A stretch of 64,000 nt of DNA from Octopus sinensis (Eukaryota). Location: the NCBI RefSeq assembly GCF_006345805.1, contig NC_042999.1:17856001-17920000 (forward strand), read 5' to 3'. Below the pieces are notes generated by a model. It made no database searches, was not told the DNA's origin, and saw only the letters and a program-made list of their open reading frames with translations. The position numbers and the translations under genes are program-made. Shown here piece by piece: positions 13,920 to 28,419 of the stretch. The stretch's first letter is position 1; each line of letters opens with the position of its first letter.

Positions 13920-14198
13920 TACAGTAATCCCTCGCCATATCGCGGTACACCTATCGCGGTTCTCATATCGCGGTTCACCCGTCGCGATTCACCTATAACG
14001 TTTCACTTATCATGATTTATTATTCAATCTTACGTCGGTCAGTCCGCGGTGTGGATTTGCATTTATGATAACAGAAATATATACAAATTATAACAAATAA
14101 ACAGTATAGTACAGTTTCAACTTCGCGGATTTTCACTTATCGGGGGTAGGAGCGGTATTTTGAAAAGTAGCTCCCACGATAGTCGAGGGATTCCTGTA
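13920..14198. mobile_element. Tigger/pogo-like MITE
   Basis: Terminal inverted repeats TACAGTAATCCCTCG ... CGAGGGATTCCTGTA with TA ends; subterminal (TATCGCGGT) repeats. Confidence 0.85.
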
Positions 14199-14275
14199 AA
14201 TATGATTTTGCTATTTGTTACACTGTAAAAGATGAAGGCGTTTGCAGCCCAGAAAAGATGAGTATACCACACGAA

Positions 14276-14292
14276 TTAATAATAATATTAAT

Positions 14293-14345
<53 letters not shown>

Positions 14346-14374
14346 TAATAATAATAATAATAATAATAATGATG

Positions 14375-14406
<32 letters not shown>

Positions 14407-14458
14407 GATGAGATGATGATGATGAGAAGAAGAAGAAGAAGAAGAAGAAGAAGAAGAA
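14276..14458 (+). repeat. compound (AAT)n(GAT)n(GAA)n repeat
   Basis: Direct reading. Confidence 0.95.
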
Positions 14459-14835
14459 ATTATAAGGATTTCCTGATAGAAATTCAAACAAAATGGGGCA
14501 CCTTAAGTCGACTACAGTACCAGTGATTGTAGGAACTCTAGGAATGATAAAAAGGTACCGAAACCTATTTGAAAATGATACCAGGTTTACCATCCCCACA
14601 GGAAGTGAAGAAAATCGTGTTAACTGGAACGACTCATGTACTGGGAAGAGCATTATCGCTGTGAAAACAACATCCATTCATGAATTAATTTGTTTATTAA
14701 TTTTTTTAAATACATATTTCACCTGTGAATTTGCGTATATATACTGGGAATGCATACAATGAGCTTCTCTGCCCTAGGTGTATGGAAAACACTCGGCGAG
14801 AAACGGAAGAAAATTTGAAGAAAGGAAAATATAAC

Positions 14836-14852
14836 AACAGCAACAACAACAA

Positions 14853-14885
<33 letters not shown>

Positions 14886-14926
14886 TAATAATAATATTAA
14901 TAATAATAATAATAATAATAATAATG

Positions 14927-14991
<65 letters not shown>

Positions 14992-15022
14992 AAGAAGAAG
15001 AAGAAGAAGAGGAGGAAGAAAA
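14836..15022 (+). repeat. compound (AAC)n(AAT)n(AAG)n repeat
   Basis: Direct reading. Confidence 0.95.
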
Positions 15023-15132
15023 GTAGAAGAATTAGAATGAAATATTGTGAAGCGTTGTGTCGAATATATTCTATAGAGTATCATGGGTAAGAGAGTGTCA
15101 TAAAATCTCTATGCCTTTCTTTCTGTTGACAG

Positions 15133-15173
15133 ACCTTACAAATGATGCTGCATGCGGGGATATCATTATACAG
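15133..15173 (+). CDS. candidate exon (LTNDAACGDIIIQ)
   Basis: Acceptor cctttctttctgttgacag, donor CAG/gtatat; phase 1->0, compatible with the next candidate exon. Confidence 0.25.
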
Positions 15174-15313
15174 GTATATATTCCGTATGAATCATTCTTT
15201 AAGACACTATCATATATCGAAATATTCTCACATGCACAGCACGTTACGTATTTATTCCTGAGGATCTTGTCGTTATTTTACCTGACATGAAAATGCACTT
15301 AATACAACTTCAG

Positions 15314-15383
15314 GAAGACATGTATAACAACATATTTCGCAATCTTATGGAAAATCTTCATCTTTATTTAGCCTGTGCAAATG
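15314..15383 (+). CDS. candidate exon (EDMYNNIFRNLMENLHLYLACAN)
   Basis: Acceptor aacttcag, donor ATG/gtgaat; phase 0->1, stop-free. Confidence 0.25.
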
Positions 15384-15451
15384 GTGAATGTCAAATGTGT
15401 ATTTTGTTCAGAATTACTTGTATTATTTACTGGTTTTCTTCGTTGGTACAG

Positions 15452-15520
15452 ACCATAAATCATTTCTTTCTCAGCCGACCTCACATATTTTAAATATTTA
15501 TGAAGCAACGTCTTACCAAT
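15452..15520 (+). CDS. candidate exon (HKSFLSQPTSHILNIYEATSYQ)
   Basis: Acceptor ggttttcttcgttggtacag, weak donor gtaatc; phase 1->1; 68-nt intron upstream. Confidence 0.2.
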
Positions 15521-16282
15521 GTAATCATTCGTTTGTGTTAATGACACCTCCCCTTCAGCGATGACCATACAATATCTGCATCTATGCTTTTTAATCATCC
15601 ATTCGTGCAATACGAAACAATCTGTTGTAACGGATGTCTATGGATCATTGCCTCCTCTCTGATGTCCTGAGATTGCCTCAAATCCTTTGAGGCGTCTCTG
15701 ACGTGCATCCTCCACATAGATTATACTGTAGGTATCTCTGATGAAGTCCCCCTTAAATACAGGATATTTGTAACTGAGTAATGCGTAAAAAAAATGAGGA
15801 AGGTAAGTTAATACACGCGCAATTTCTGCTGAAATCCATGTGCGCAGCGGCATGACATGCTGGGAAAGGAAACGGGAAAAGATCATTCAAGCTATGACTT
15901 GCTTTGCGTTGACTTAGAAAAATATTTTGTTATTTAAGAAGCAAGGACATCCAACTGTGCTGCTACGATAAACAAGCCTGTTTGATATTTTCATTTCTGT
16001 TGATTCAACTAATATACATTGCTTCATATATGAGATTCTTTGGGCGGGATGGAATATCACAAGCTTTTTATTAATCTTTTCCAACTAAAGCTTACTGGAG
16101 CTGTGTTAGAACATGTAGATTCTAGATCAAGTATTCCTCTGTAAACGTGATTCATAAGTGAACTATTGAATCTAATCTGCATTGGGAAGTTAACTTACAA
16201 ATTTAAGAGATATTTAGGAGAGCTCTACCTCATATGGTACACCAGGAGATCAATCAGCTGCAAAATCGTAAGAAATGAAAAA

Positions 16283-16515
16283 CCTATTTCTTTATTACCC
16301 ACAAGGGGCTAAACACAGAGGGAACAAACAAGGACAGACATAGGTATTAAGTCGATTACATCGACCCCAGTTCGTAACTGGTACTTAATTTATCGACCCC
16401 GAAAGGATGAAAGGCAAAGTCGAGCTCGGCGGAATTTGAACTCACAACGTAACGCAGACGAAATACCGCTAAGCATTTCGCCCGGCGTGCTAACGTTTCT
16501 GCCAGCTCGCCGCCT
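16283..16515 (-). mobile_element. tRNA-derived SINE family 2 (Meta-domain-like core)
   Basis: Minus strand: head AGGCGGCGAGCTGGCAGAAACGTTAG, B-box GAGTTCAAATTCC, core GCCTTTCATCCTTTCGGGGTCGATAAATTAAGTACCAG, tail ending AATAAAGAAATAGG. Confidence 0.9.
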
Positions 16516-17397
16516 TGCATGAGATGAAATACCACAATATGAATGGAAATGATAGGTTGAAAAGGACGTCATAATTGTTTTATATATTTCCCTACTGGGG
16601 TGTTTTCTAACATCCTTAGGATAATATTTAAGTTTCCATTCTTTTCACCGTGAAACAATTTCACTTTCAAAATATCTTAAGTAGCAATATGGCAAGATCA
16701 TCCTAGTCACAGAGTTGACAGTATCATAGTAAATTTTTAGTCATTGAGAATAATCCCAAACGTTGTTCTTCACATAGCAACTCTCTTGTAGTGTATGCGT
16801 TTGGGTATTAGCATTCGTTCATTCTCCGCAAGAAAAGTTACCACAATTAGATAGATTACTTTCATTGAAGAAGTAGATTATTAAAGAAAAATCTGTGATA
16901 TTACTGATATAAACAAACACAGAGATAAAATAGGTACGCACTTTCACTATTTTGAGACGATTTCCTGTATCAAATGAAATATAATTATATAGATTCCATC
17001 CGAGAGGACAGCACAAACTTCGAAGGGTATAATAATTAGCATAATATATTCTTCTGTGAGATAACTACAGCGAAAGTGCAAACCTTGACTTAAAATATCC
17101 GCATTAGTATTTCTAAAATAAACAAGGGATAAAAAATCTGGTTTTAGACGCCATATCATCTACATCACGGACACAGTATAATTCAGTACATTGCTCGGTT
17201 CAACGACATACAATCACAATGAATTCACCTGCAACACACAAATACACATCACACACACACACACGCTCGTGCGCGATTATATTACAGCTTCCAATTTTAA
17301 TTCCCTTACTACGCCTTTCTCGCTCTCCTTTTCTGTCAGTCACATGTTCTCATTCACTCATATATATATATATATATAATATATATTATATATATAT

Positions 17398-17452
<55 letters not shown>

Positions 17453-17747
17453 ACACACACACGCACAGGCATTATATATATATATATATATTCGTGTGTG
17501 TAATATAAGCGGCTAATAACAGTGAAATCTAGCATGGCTGTTTTTGGCGGTATAATTATTCTAGCACCCGAACTCCTCTTAATATGTTGTTGTTCATATT
17601 TTTTTTACGAACGTAAGACGAATATCAAAATAATGCTAGAGGAAACCGTGATAGAGAATGGAATTTATGTTTAATATTAAAATGATAACTAATAATACTA
17701 ACATTAATGCTAACATCAACAACAACAACAACAATAATAATAATAAT

Positions 17748-17809
<62 letters not shown>

Positions 17810-18199
17810 CAGCAACATTTTATAAAGACCTTATAACTTTTCATTTATTACTTGTTGAAAGAACAGAGGCACAAATACGAAATTCAATACGCGATTGAAA
17901 TCGAATTCAATTTTCGAAAGTATATCTTTCAGCCTAATGTATGCTTTCACTAACGTTATTCTTTCATCAGATATACAATGACGTTATGATAGCCATATGA
18001 TTTATCTATATTCAATAATATTTGAGACAATAACAAGTTGTATTCAATGCCACTTCAGTCAATGTATGCTTCATATCTTCCTGAAAGCTCATTCAATACA
18101 AAAAAAATAATAATATAAATAGATACATGATTGATTGAAAGGGCTTTGTGGACGCGTACACAATAGAATATAGATTTTTACAATAGAAGCCACTAGATG

Positions 18200-18306
18200 T
18201 GTGTGTATATATATAGAAATATATATATATATATATATATATGCATATATATATATATGGGTACATAGGAATATATATATATATTATATATGTATATATA
18301 TATGTT

Positions 18307-18358
<52 letters not shown>

Positions 18359-18442
18359 TTATATATATGTATATATATATATCTATATAATTATATATAT
18401 GTATATATATATATGCATATATATATATGCATATATATATAT

Positions 18443-18520
<78 letters not shown>

Positions 18521-18535
18521 CACATATATAATATA
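18200..18535. repeat. (AT)n microsatellite
   Basis: Direct reading. Confidence 0.95.
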
Positions 18536-19041
18536 TATTCTTAAAATGTTTCGTGCCCTACAGAGCTCTTTAACGTTATATAAGGAAAAAAAGTGAATGC
18601 TTTTCATTTAAAGTCCTGAGGTGTTCTTAGATTATCTTCATTAAGTTTCAACTGCAAAATAATATCTACCTTTTCTTGACAGTATTTCACAATTCATTTT
18701 ATGCCTTGTGTGATTAAAATGTTTCGTAGAATCGCTAATAATATTCATTTTTGTTAATAACTAACTACATTAAAACGGCAATATATCTGTCACTTTCGTT
18801 TCACTGCAAAAGAGGCCTTCTATGTGTTACGTGTTAATAGAATGTGATGACAGCAATGATATTCTTAGTTGAAAGGAATTTCTATGCAACCGTTTGCAGC
18901 TACACATCTCTCAAATTGCCGTAATTATATTATTCATAATGAAACCAATCAAACCAAATTTTGTATAACAGCAACCAGAGCACACAATGAAAATATATGA
19001 AACTGAGTAACGAAAATAATTAAACGAAACCGAATGATGTG

Positions 19042-19078
<37 letters not shown>

Positions 19079-19239
19079 CTCTTTTTATTTTTATTTCTCT
19101 TTCCCTTTCAGACTTACGATTATTAGTGGTTTGGAGTTTAACTGCTCTTTCTAGTGATTCAGATGTTCTATTATGGGCTTCTGTTGTGAGTTTAATTGCA
19201 CACTGTATTTTATATATATATATATATATATGTATGTAT

Positions 19240-19292
<53 letters not shown>

Positions 19293-19519
19293 CAAACAAA
19301 CATGATTTTTGTTGAACTCAAAATAATTTTCTTGAATACATTCTTGTAAACTATTTTTAACACATTTTCTTATCATTATGAAAGAATCTATTTTAATACT
19401 TTTTGTGATAACCAGTACTTCACACATCAAAGCTTATACAAAGATTTACATTTTACTTTTGACAATAATTTTCCAAAAAAGTGAAACTGGTCAAGTCAAT
19501 AAACCTATCTAAATCCCTT

Positions 19520-20018
19520 TGTATTTTCAACCCTTCTAAGAGCGTAGGCCCGAAACGTTAAGGACTGTTCACTTCCCGATCGTTATACTAATACATTTGT
19601 TTGTTGTCTACACCGCCTGTCTTCGTCTTTTATTTTTGGTGAATTCTCTCCATATATTACACGCTCACGTGATCGCACCAGTTGGTCCTGTCCCCTCTCA
19701 TCAGCTGCACCTCTTCTGCCCATGGATTACTCCTCTGTTGATGTACAGTTGCTCAAATACACGACGACGTCTGAAGCTTTTGAACCTTTTGAACATTTCG
19801 TAAATTTTTTATACTTTCTAAAATGTTTCCATGATAGATGGCTAGACACTACACATTTTTAAAATTTTCTCTCCTTGTTTCTTTCTGTGTTTCTTTCTGT
19901 GGAGGAGCGTAGGCTCGAAACGTTTAAGACGTTTTTCACATCCAGGACTTTATACTAATACACATGTTTATTGTCTACACCAACTGCATTTGTCTTTTTG
20001 TGTGAATTCACCCTATAC
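19520..20018 (+). mobile_element. Penelope-like element fragments: two tandem pseudo-LTR copies
   Basis: Two copies of agagcgtaggc(t/c)cgaaacgt..gttatactaataca..gtctacacc, homologous to the segment following the Penelope RT at 63365-63568. Confidence 0.75.
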
Positions 20019-20027
20019 ATACATACA

Positions 20028-20087
<60 letters not shown>

Positions 20088-20099
20088 ATATATATATAT

Positions 20100-20527
20100 A
20101 TTATTGGTGAATTGAAGAAACACACGTCTCTAAGTAGATTTTTTCTCGCCCCTTATAAAACATCCAATATTCTTTAAATAGTCAGAACTTTATTCTCGGC
20201 CACAAAGAACATCTATACACCCTCACCCACATGTTTGACCGATGCCTGACCTGTTGAATTCTTCAGCCACCGGTTCTCAACATACACTGATAAACAGTTT
20301 CGCCATGGGCTCTTAGGAGCACAGTTCGATTTGTTTTTTGCTCTGCCTCTGTTCTGTTTTTGTTTTTCCAACGGATTTCCTTTTTTCTTCCTGAAGAGAA
20401 AGACACAATATGGTCCCATTATTCAATCGGATTTTGGTAATTTGTGCCTTTCGAAACAGTGTAGAATGAAATAAAACGATTTCTGTTCAATCTGCGTTCA
20501 GCTCCATTTCTTCAATTCACCAATAAT
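20100..20527 (-). mobile_element. mariner-derived MITE / internally deleted mariner
   Basis: Perfect 21-bp IR ATTATTGGTGAATTGAAGAAA (20100-20120) / TTTCTTCAATTCACCAATAAT (20507-20527); internal minus-strand residues (YCVFLFRKKK..RWLK) loosely resemble a mariner N-terminal HTH. Confidence 0.7.
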
Positions 20528-20710
20528 GTTTTAATTTCAATTATCCGCACCAACGCACGGTTGCAACGCCAGATGGTTGTACCTCCAACCGTGCTGTTCA
20601 CTGCTGTGATTTTTGCTACTAAGGTATCGGTTAAACTTTTGATTAATCTACTACAAGATTATTCATCTTTCTATTTCACATAATATATATATATATATAT
20701 ATATATAATT

Positions 20711-21423
20711 TAATGAGGGTAGAAGTTGATATTAATCAATTAAAACCAGTGGCCCAGCATATTAAAAAATCCGAAGTTTAAAATATTGTTACATACAAAA
20801 TTTAAAGGACTGACCACTCAAAACGTGGACGGTCGACATGCTAGATATAGACGTGAAATCGCTATTTTCCACAAAGAATATGTTCTCAAATAAAAACTCA
20901 GCACAAAACCAAAGCATTAAAAATAAGCAAGACAATTGAAAATATACGAAATAAAAATGATTAGCCATGTACTGAATCAGTCTCGATAATTAATATCCAC
21001 AAGGTTAAACTGTAATCTCGTCAGCATGGTCTGTTATATAAAATACAATTTGCAGGACTAGATGCAAAAACGTTTGACCGGAGTCTCGCATGCATGGAGT
21101 CCAACCGATTATATTTTTGTGTATCTTTCAAATGCCTTCACTTTGGCGCGCTGAGATCGGAAAAACTACCTTGCAGCTAATAAGTAGCAGCAGTGAATTT
21201 ACCGGTGAGAGAACATAATTATTTAATTTAAAACTTAATAAGGGTTGAAATTGATATTAATCAATTAAAACCAGTGGCCCAGCATATTAAAAACTCCGAA
21301 GATTAAAATATTTTTACATACACAATTTAAAGGACTGACCACACATTTGTGGAAAATAGCGAGTTGACGTCTAAATCTAGCATGTTGACCGTCCACTTTT
21401 TGAGTGGTCAGTCCTTTAAATTT

Positions 21424-21427
<4 letters not shown>
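20711..21427. repeat. direct plus inverted partial duplication (Penelope-type terminal structure)
   Basis: 20711-20817 repeated at 21237-21342; 21346-21427 is the reverse complement of 20794-20875. Confidence 0.8.
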
Positions 21428-21478
<51 letters not shown>

Positions 21479-21487
21479 TATTATATA

Positions 21488-21688
21488 TCACCATGGCTGA
21501 TCGCTAGCCACTAAACCTGTCTTATATTCTCTCTGTTTATTTCTGTGTTCCTCTCTGTTGAAGAGCGTAAGCTTGAAACATAAAAGACTTTCTCAGTTCG
21601 CGAGCGATAAACTATTACAACTGTTTGTTGTTTACACAAACGTCTTGGTTTTTTTTCTTAGTTTGTTTTTTTTGTAAATTCAAACTAT
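21488..21688 (+). mobile_element. Penelope-like pseudo-LTR copy
   Basis: ctgttgaagagcgtaagcttgaaacataaaagac, homologous to the 19890 and 63440 copies. Confidence 0.75.
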
Positions 21689-21694
21689 ATATAT

Positions 21695-21742
<48 letters not shown>

Positions 21743-22013
21743 TATGAATGTATTTATCTGTATTTATTCGCTAATTATTCGCTCATCTTATATATCTGTA
21801 ATTACTCCCTTATTTTGGTATACTTTACTGATGAAAGCAAAGTGTTGTATTACTGAGCCAGTAATCATCGATGTGTAGTTAAACGTTAATGTTTTGCTAA
21901 TTCTTTGTCCATTTATCTTTTCACCTGTACTATATAAAAACGTGATGTTGTTTTAGAATCAATAGTAACTGCTTTTTCTAGCCTGGTGATTCCCCAAATT
22001 ATAATTATATTTC

Positions 22014-22061
<48 letters not shown>

Positions 22062-23839
22062 ATTATTACCTAGACTGTTTTTCCATGCTGGCCACTTGAT
22101 ATGATCACTATGTTAACTAACCGTCTTATCCTCTATCTTTATAAATACTTATACATATATCTATATATGCATGCATACATTGTTATCCTATTTCCATATA
22201 ACGTTCAGTTCAATGCATGTATTGATAGTATTATCTCTTGTGTATGATAGCGTTTAAATTTACAGTCGAAGATAAGAGCAGATATAAAATATACGTTATA
22301 TATATGGAAAATGCTAGCTTCGAACAAAGTTTTCAAAAACTATTATCTTTCTGCCGTGGATTTTTCTTTTCCGTTTTTGTATATGAAGGGAAATTCGATG
22401 AGTTATTGAATTTCTCTTCCTTCGTTACAGAGATTTCTGACTTTTCAGCTGTGTTTCTAAAGTCGTGGTTAAATTCAAAATATAAAAATAAAGATGCTTT
22501 GTAAATATAAGTATGAGACTTCACTCTATATTGACTATAGAAAATATTCTAATTTTAAGGCATATAAGCCCACTCGTAACGGGGAAAATATAATTGGGAA
22601 TTCTTACCCCTCGGAATCAAAATCACGCCGTTTATTTTGTGAGCGGTGATGACCGATTGCACTAGCATATCAGCATATCTCTGCCGCTATATTTATTAAC
22701 TATGATTTTATAGCGGTAAATATGTACCCCTATGTAAAATATAGTCTTCTTCCTGCTACTGACTATAGATTTATGATCTGATTATGTATCATTGAAGCTT
22801 CGTTGAGATTTCATTATAGAAACCACTTATCAGTGACTAGATCTGACGTCATTTTTAAACAGTTGTGCATAGGAATGTTTATTCTAATGGTGATATTTTC
22901 TTTGTAAATCTTTAAAAATAATGTGCTATTAGGATATATATTTAAACTACAGTGGATTTGACTAATAAATACGACAGGTCAACATCAAGAAATTCTTATA
23001 CGAATTGGTATTTAGTAGTCATAATATTTTGAACAAAACTAATTTAAATAAAATCTAATTTATGCTTTTAAAAGAAATGCCACCAGCATTTACCAGTATA
23101 CATACATGCAGATGTGTATGAGCTGGTTCATGTTATACACCTCTGGTAGCGGGTAGCTGAATTAAGGCTTTTCGTTGAAGATGTAACTATCCAGTTAATG
23201 ATAAGTCAATATAACTCAGCGTAGCCCACGTGAGAAACTTTACGTATACTCGCATCTGGGTCCATACACAAATGTACACAAGCTCACATAAAAAACAGCG
23301 TGTCGAGACGATTACGACGTCCAATAGAGCAGCAGAAGTTCATTACTTATATAATATATATTATAATTGCGTGGCTTTTTCAGCGCGTTATATGCTTCAA
23401 TTCTATATACGCTTTTTTAAAAACAAATTCGCTCGTCTGTATAGTCCATACGTCCTGCAATATTTAACTATTTACCTCTTTGGCTTAGGTGGTGAAATTA
23501 TAATTATTTTATTGACAGGGTCGGGTGTAGTAGATCAACTATTAATTAGGTAAATTCATTAAAAGGTTATGACATAAAGATATCTAATTTGTTGTAGATG
23601 AAGTCTTTAGCTTGAATTAAATGACAGATATTCGGTGTTTTAAAAGTTGTGTGGTTAATTTTGTTAGGTATTAGACGCTATTTAAGTTCTGGTGCACGTT
23701 TGACACATTCATGCGCTTATATGACTACACATACAGACATCCCACTTATGTGTATACATGCGTATGTGCGTGTGTATGTATATACACATTTGTCAATACA
23801 TGTATGTATGTACATACATATATACATACAAAATACGTA

Positions 23840-23889
23840 CTATATATATATATATGTGTGTGTGTGTGTGCGTGCATATATATGTATAA

Positions 23890-23921
<32 letters not shown>

Positions 23922-23944
23922 GTGTCTGTGTGTGTGAATATATG

Positions 23945-23980
<36 letters not shown>

Positions 23981-23999
23981 CGTGCATATATATGTATAA

Positions 24000-24035
<36 letters not shown>

Positions 24036-24110
24036 GTGTGTGTGTGTGTGAATATATGTATATATATATATATATGTGTGTGTGTGTATGCGTGTGTGTG
24101 TGTGTGTGTA
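23840..24110. repeat. (AT)n/(GT)n compound microsatellite with ~110-bp higher-order duplication
   Basis: Unit starting at 23856 repeated at 23966. Confidence 0.85.
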
Positions 24111-24924
24111 TACCCTTTTCTGTTATTTCCCTATGAAACTCCTTCGTACATATTTTCTTTCTTGTTAATCCTTATACACAGTGATCCCGCATCATGATGG
24201 TCTAGCTTTGCTCAAGTACACCTTAGAAAACACACAACACATAAAACTGCACATGACACACTTCACGAGTCTAAATACGCACACACATTGAGAGAGACGC
24301 TATGTAGCCTTAAAACTGCAAGTATGACTCTAACCTATGACTCCTTCACACATTGAACCGTAGTATGCTTGTGCACCACACCAATAACTTACACATTCAC
24401 AGATTCACAAATATAGAGGGAAATCCTGCACCTATTACCAAACGTTTCTCTTTCCATCACTCGATATGATATATACCGTCCTCATTCCATTTATCTTCCC
24501 CCTCCATTTCTCAAATATTTCCCTAAACTCTCACATTTTCCTCTTTTATTTTCTTACGGTCTTCCCCAACTACCCACTCTCCAACTGATTGTGCCTCTAT
24601 TTACAGTAAATGTATTCAACACTTCAGGTTTTTTTTCATTCTATCGCAAACTTTTCACACGCAAAAACAAATCTGTCTGATATTCCGTTAGATAACCTGC
24701 TTTTCTCTCTCTTTCTTGTCGCTGATGAATTTCATTCTTGTAGATAAAGGTTATCACTACCAACGTTAGAAATTTTTTGCTGTGCCTTATCGTATTTACG
24801 TATTTATTGTGATTCGGCACTTTCTTCATGGTGTCCCCCATGCTTTGTATATTTACTTTTTACGGGAAGTAATTCGCTTTTCTGATTTCCCTTATGCTTC
24901 ACAAGCATACATTTTTTGATTTTC

Positions 24925-25048
24925 ACACATACACACGCACACACACACATATATACATATATAAATACATATGTGTCTGTATATATATTTACATACATGT
25001 ATATATATATATGTATATATAATATACATATATATGTATATATATGTG

Positions 25049-25134
<86 letters not shown>

Positions 25135-25359
25135 GTATAATATATATATATAGTATATATATATATTATATATATATATTATATATAATATATATATTAT
25201 ATATATATATATATACTCATTCTTTGAAATATTTAATAGTGTACCATGAAATTTCTCTTTATTATGCTACGATATATATATACTACTTTATTTTAGATTG
25301 TATGGGTAACACCATACTAAATTCTGGTGCCTTCAACTTAAGTCTTATTTTCATCCGAA

Positions 25360-25441
<82 letters not shown>

Positions 25442-25480
25442 TATACACATAGATGTATGTGTGTGTGGGTGGAGGTATAT

Positions 25481-25550
<70 letters not shown>
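24925..25550. repeat. (AT)n/(CT)n microsatellite cluster
   Basis: Direct reading. Confidence 0.9.
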
Positions 25551-27989
25551 CAAATAGATAGTTAGACGGACAGATAGGAAGAGAGAGAGAGAGAGTGAGA
25601 TGGGGTTGTCACCCTTCCTATTCACCATTCGTTTATTTAAAATTTAGTCCTTTACCTCTGTATCTATTTATCTGCCTCTCGGCCCACCTATATTTCTATC
25701 TATCAATCTCCACAAAAAACAAAAGCAACGTTCTCTCCTAAACAAAACACTCCACCCAAAACATCTGCTTTATGTAAAGGAACAATATATATGTACATTC
25801 ATAACATCTTATTTGACAAGGTCGACAACAGAACGAAAGCGCCAATGATAATGAAAAAAGAAAAAAGATTTTTTCCAAAATTCTGACGAGTTCTTTCCTC
25901 AATATTCAATTTCTGTACATCACACCAAACCCTCTATACGCACATGTACACACACACACACGCACATGTACACACACACACACGCATACACACATACACA
26001 CACACACACACACAAACCACACGCACATAGATACACGTATAAATTACTATAATAGCTTTCAAAATATGTCAAATATTCTACGAGTCTTTTATAAATACCA
26101 TCGGACCAATGGATATGTGTTACAACATATAGGTGAACGATGACAAATACTGGGCATCGTAAAAAAGTGCAAACGCTGAACTATTTTTTCCATATCAAAG
26201 AAGGAAGACTAGAAGTCGGAATGCATACACCACAATAGATGGAATATATCATGAGCTGCTTGGATAATATTAGCAATGCAGCTGGAGAAGTAAAGACTAA
26301 TCGCGAAGACGTTTGTTGTAGTCTCTTCAATGTACGTCAGGCGTACGACACATGATGACGTCGATGGAAAAATGCAATTTTTTACCGTTCTTAATAAAGT
26401 GGCATATTTTGCGTAATAAATTTTGCGTTTATCTCTAAAATTTAACTTTTTAAAACTTTCATATCACTTTATTTTATTTAAATATTCACGTATTTTGCTT
26501 AGTGGTCTCTACGCATATGAATGTGTTCGTTTCGCTATATTTAATGTTATATCCCTGTTCGTTTATGTAATCATGTTTGTTTTTTTATTATTCATGCACA
26601 GATTATTAAACAGAAGGAATAAAGTCATTATGTCATGTATACAAGCGTGTTGCTGTGTTTATTCTTATCTTATCAGAATAAGATGATTTCTCAGTCTTCT
26701 TTACATAATTTGTTACTTCGTGGCTCATGGTCCTTACTACAGAATCATGTGTACGACACTGAATATATTTGCTGTACGTGCAGTAAAGTTTCTTCATAAT
26801 AATTCAGTATACACGCTTATTCATAATCTTTCACATAATCACATTCACAAATACAAGCGCAAACATACACAGACGTGCACATTCACCAAAGGCAAACACT
26901 CCCTACATATGCGCATATTAGCGACATGCTTGAGATATATATATATATAGAAAAAGAAAGAGATAGAGAGAGATGGCAGTGTGAAAGAAAGATCAAATAC
27001 CTACAAATATGCTGCTTATAATTATATGTATTGTTTATATAATTATCAACAGAAAAGGCTACCAACATCCACTGCAATTAATTATACTTAATGCTAATAT
27101 ACTTAATGCATCGAAATGTTACATGTAACAGAAAATTTATCCATTTAAAGTAAGTCTACGCATTTCAAAACCCAGACATATATCTTTATTCATAGCCAGC
27201 ATTAATACATGCAAATATGAGTCTTTGAAGTTTTAAGGAAACATGTAATTAAAATGAATATATTACACAAATGTATAGCATAAATTAAACCACAAGGACG
27301 TGGAAATAATTGAATTTTAGAGTAGAAATGATTAACTAATTCATGTTAGCGCATTTACTTCGAGCGATTTATATTATTGAAAATGTTTTAAGTTAGTAAT
27401 GTTAATATGAAGCTTTAAAGATTAGCCTTCGTGTATGTTATATGCAATGGACTTAATAACAGTAGATGGTCAATTCAGTCCATCTAAGTAAGACTTGGTT
27501 ATACATAGGTCATAATTCATAGGAAAATTACATCACCAGATTTACAAAATAATATATCTCAGGATTGCATTGGTATGCAATATCGAAATAATTTCTCCAG
27601 CCACACAATTGCTTTATGTGGAAGATAAGAATAATAACAGGGGCCGAAAATACTTCTGTTATATGTGAGTAATAAAATAATTTTCATTTATGTTTTTTTA
27701 CACAATAAACAATTGTAGAATGTTGTAATATATGCTTTTATCAAAATAATTTGTGTTGACTTTAATGCTTCTCAATTTCAACGTATAACGTTTGGGAGTA
27801 TACAAATATACGCAATTTGCACATTTATACGGATTTTTTTACACTGCTAATCATCACGCCTAGCAAATTCTTTTCTAAATGAAATATACACTATTTCAAA
27901 GTCAGAGAAATTTACTGTCTGCTTGATACTATGTTTTCCTCATATATGTATGTGTGTATATATACACACACAAAACACACACACACATA

Positions 27990-28025
<36 letters not shown>

Positions 28026-28419
28026 GTTTCAGTTAAATTGGTTACTTAAATCGAGTCACCATGCTAATTCGGTACAATCTGCACACCTCAACAATATTAT
28101 TTGAATACTGAATATCAAGACTTTCTTTCGGCATAATCTGCACACCGCAATAATATTAGTTGATTATTAGATATGAAGAATTCGTGTAGGGGTATTCATA
28201 CCTAAATATTCCAACCGTGTGTGTAGACAACATACCACAGCCTAGTGAATCATATCCGCTCTTGGTAATTCAGACATTTAATTTTACAGAGGTATTTCCT
28301 ATAGTATTTCCGAACTGCAGATTTCATGTTAGGTAAACACAATATAATTAAACAAGAAAGGTGTACAAGTGTTAATTAACTACAACCGTTTCAAGCTGCT
28401 TCATTCAATTGATTAAGGA

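Noticed and set aside
15517-15773. Minus-strand AG/GT-bounded 257-nt segment
   Set aside because: Stops in all three frames; conflicts with the plus-strand candidates and has no support
22834-22855. TGACTAGATC matches the 5' end of miR-279
   Set aside because: The remainder diverges and there is no complementary arm to form a precursor
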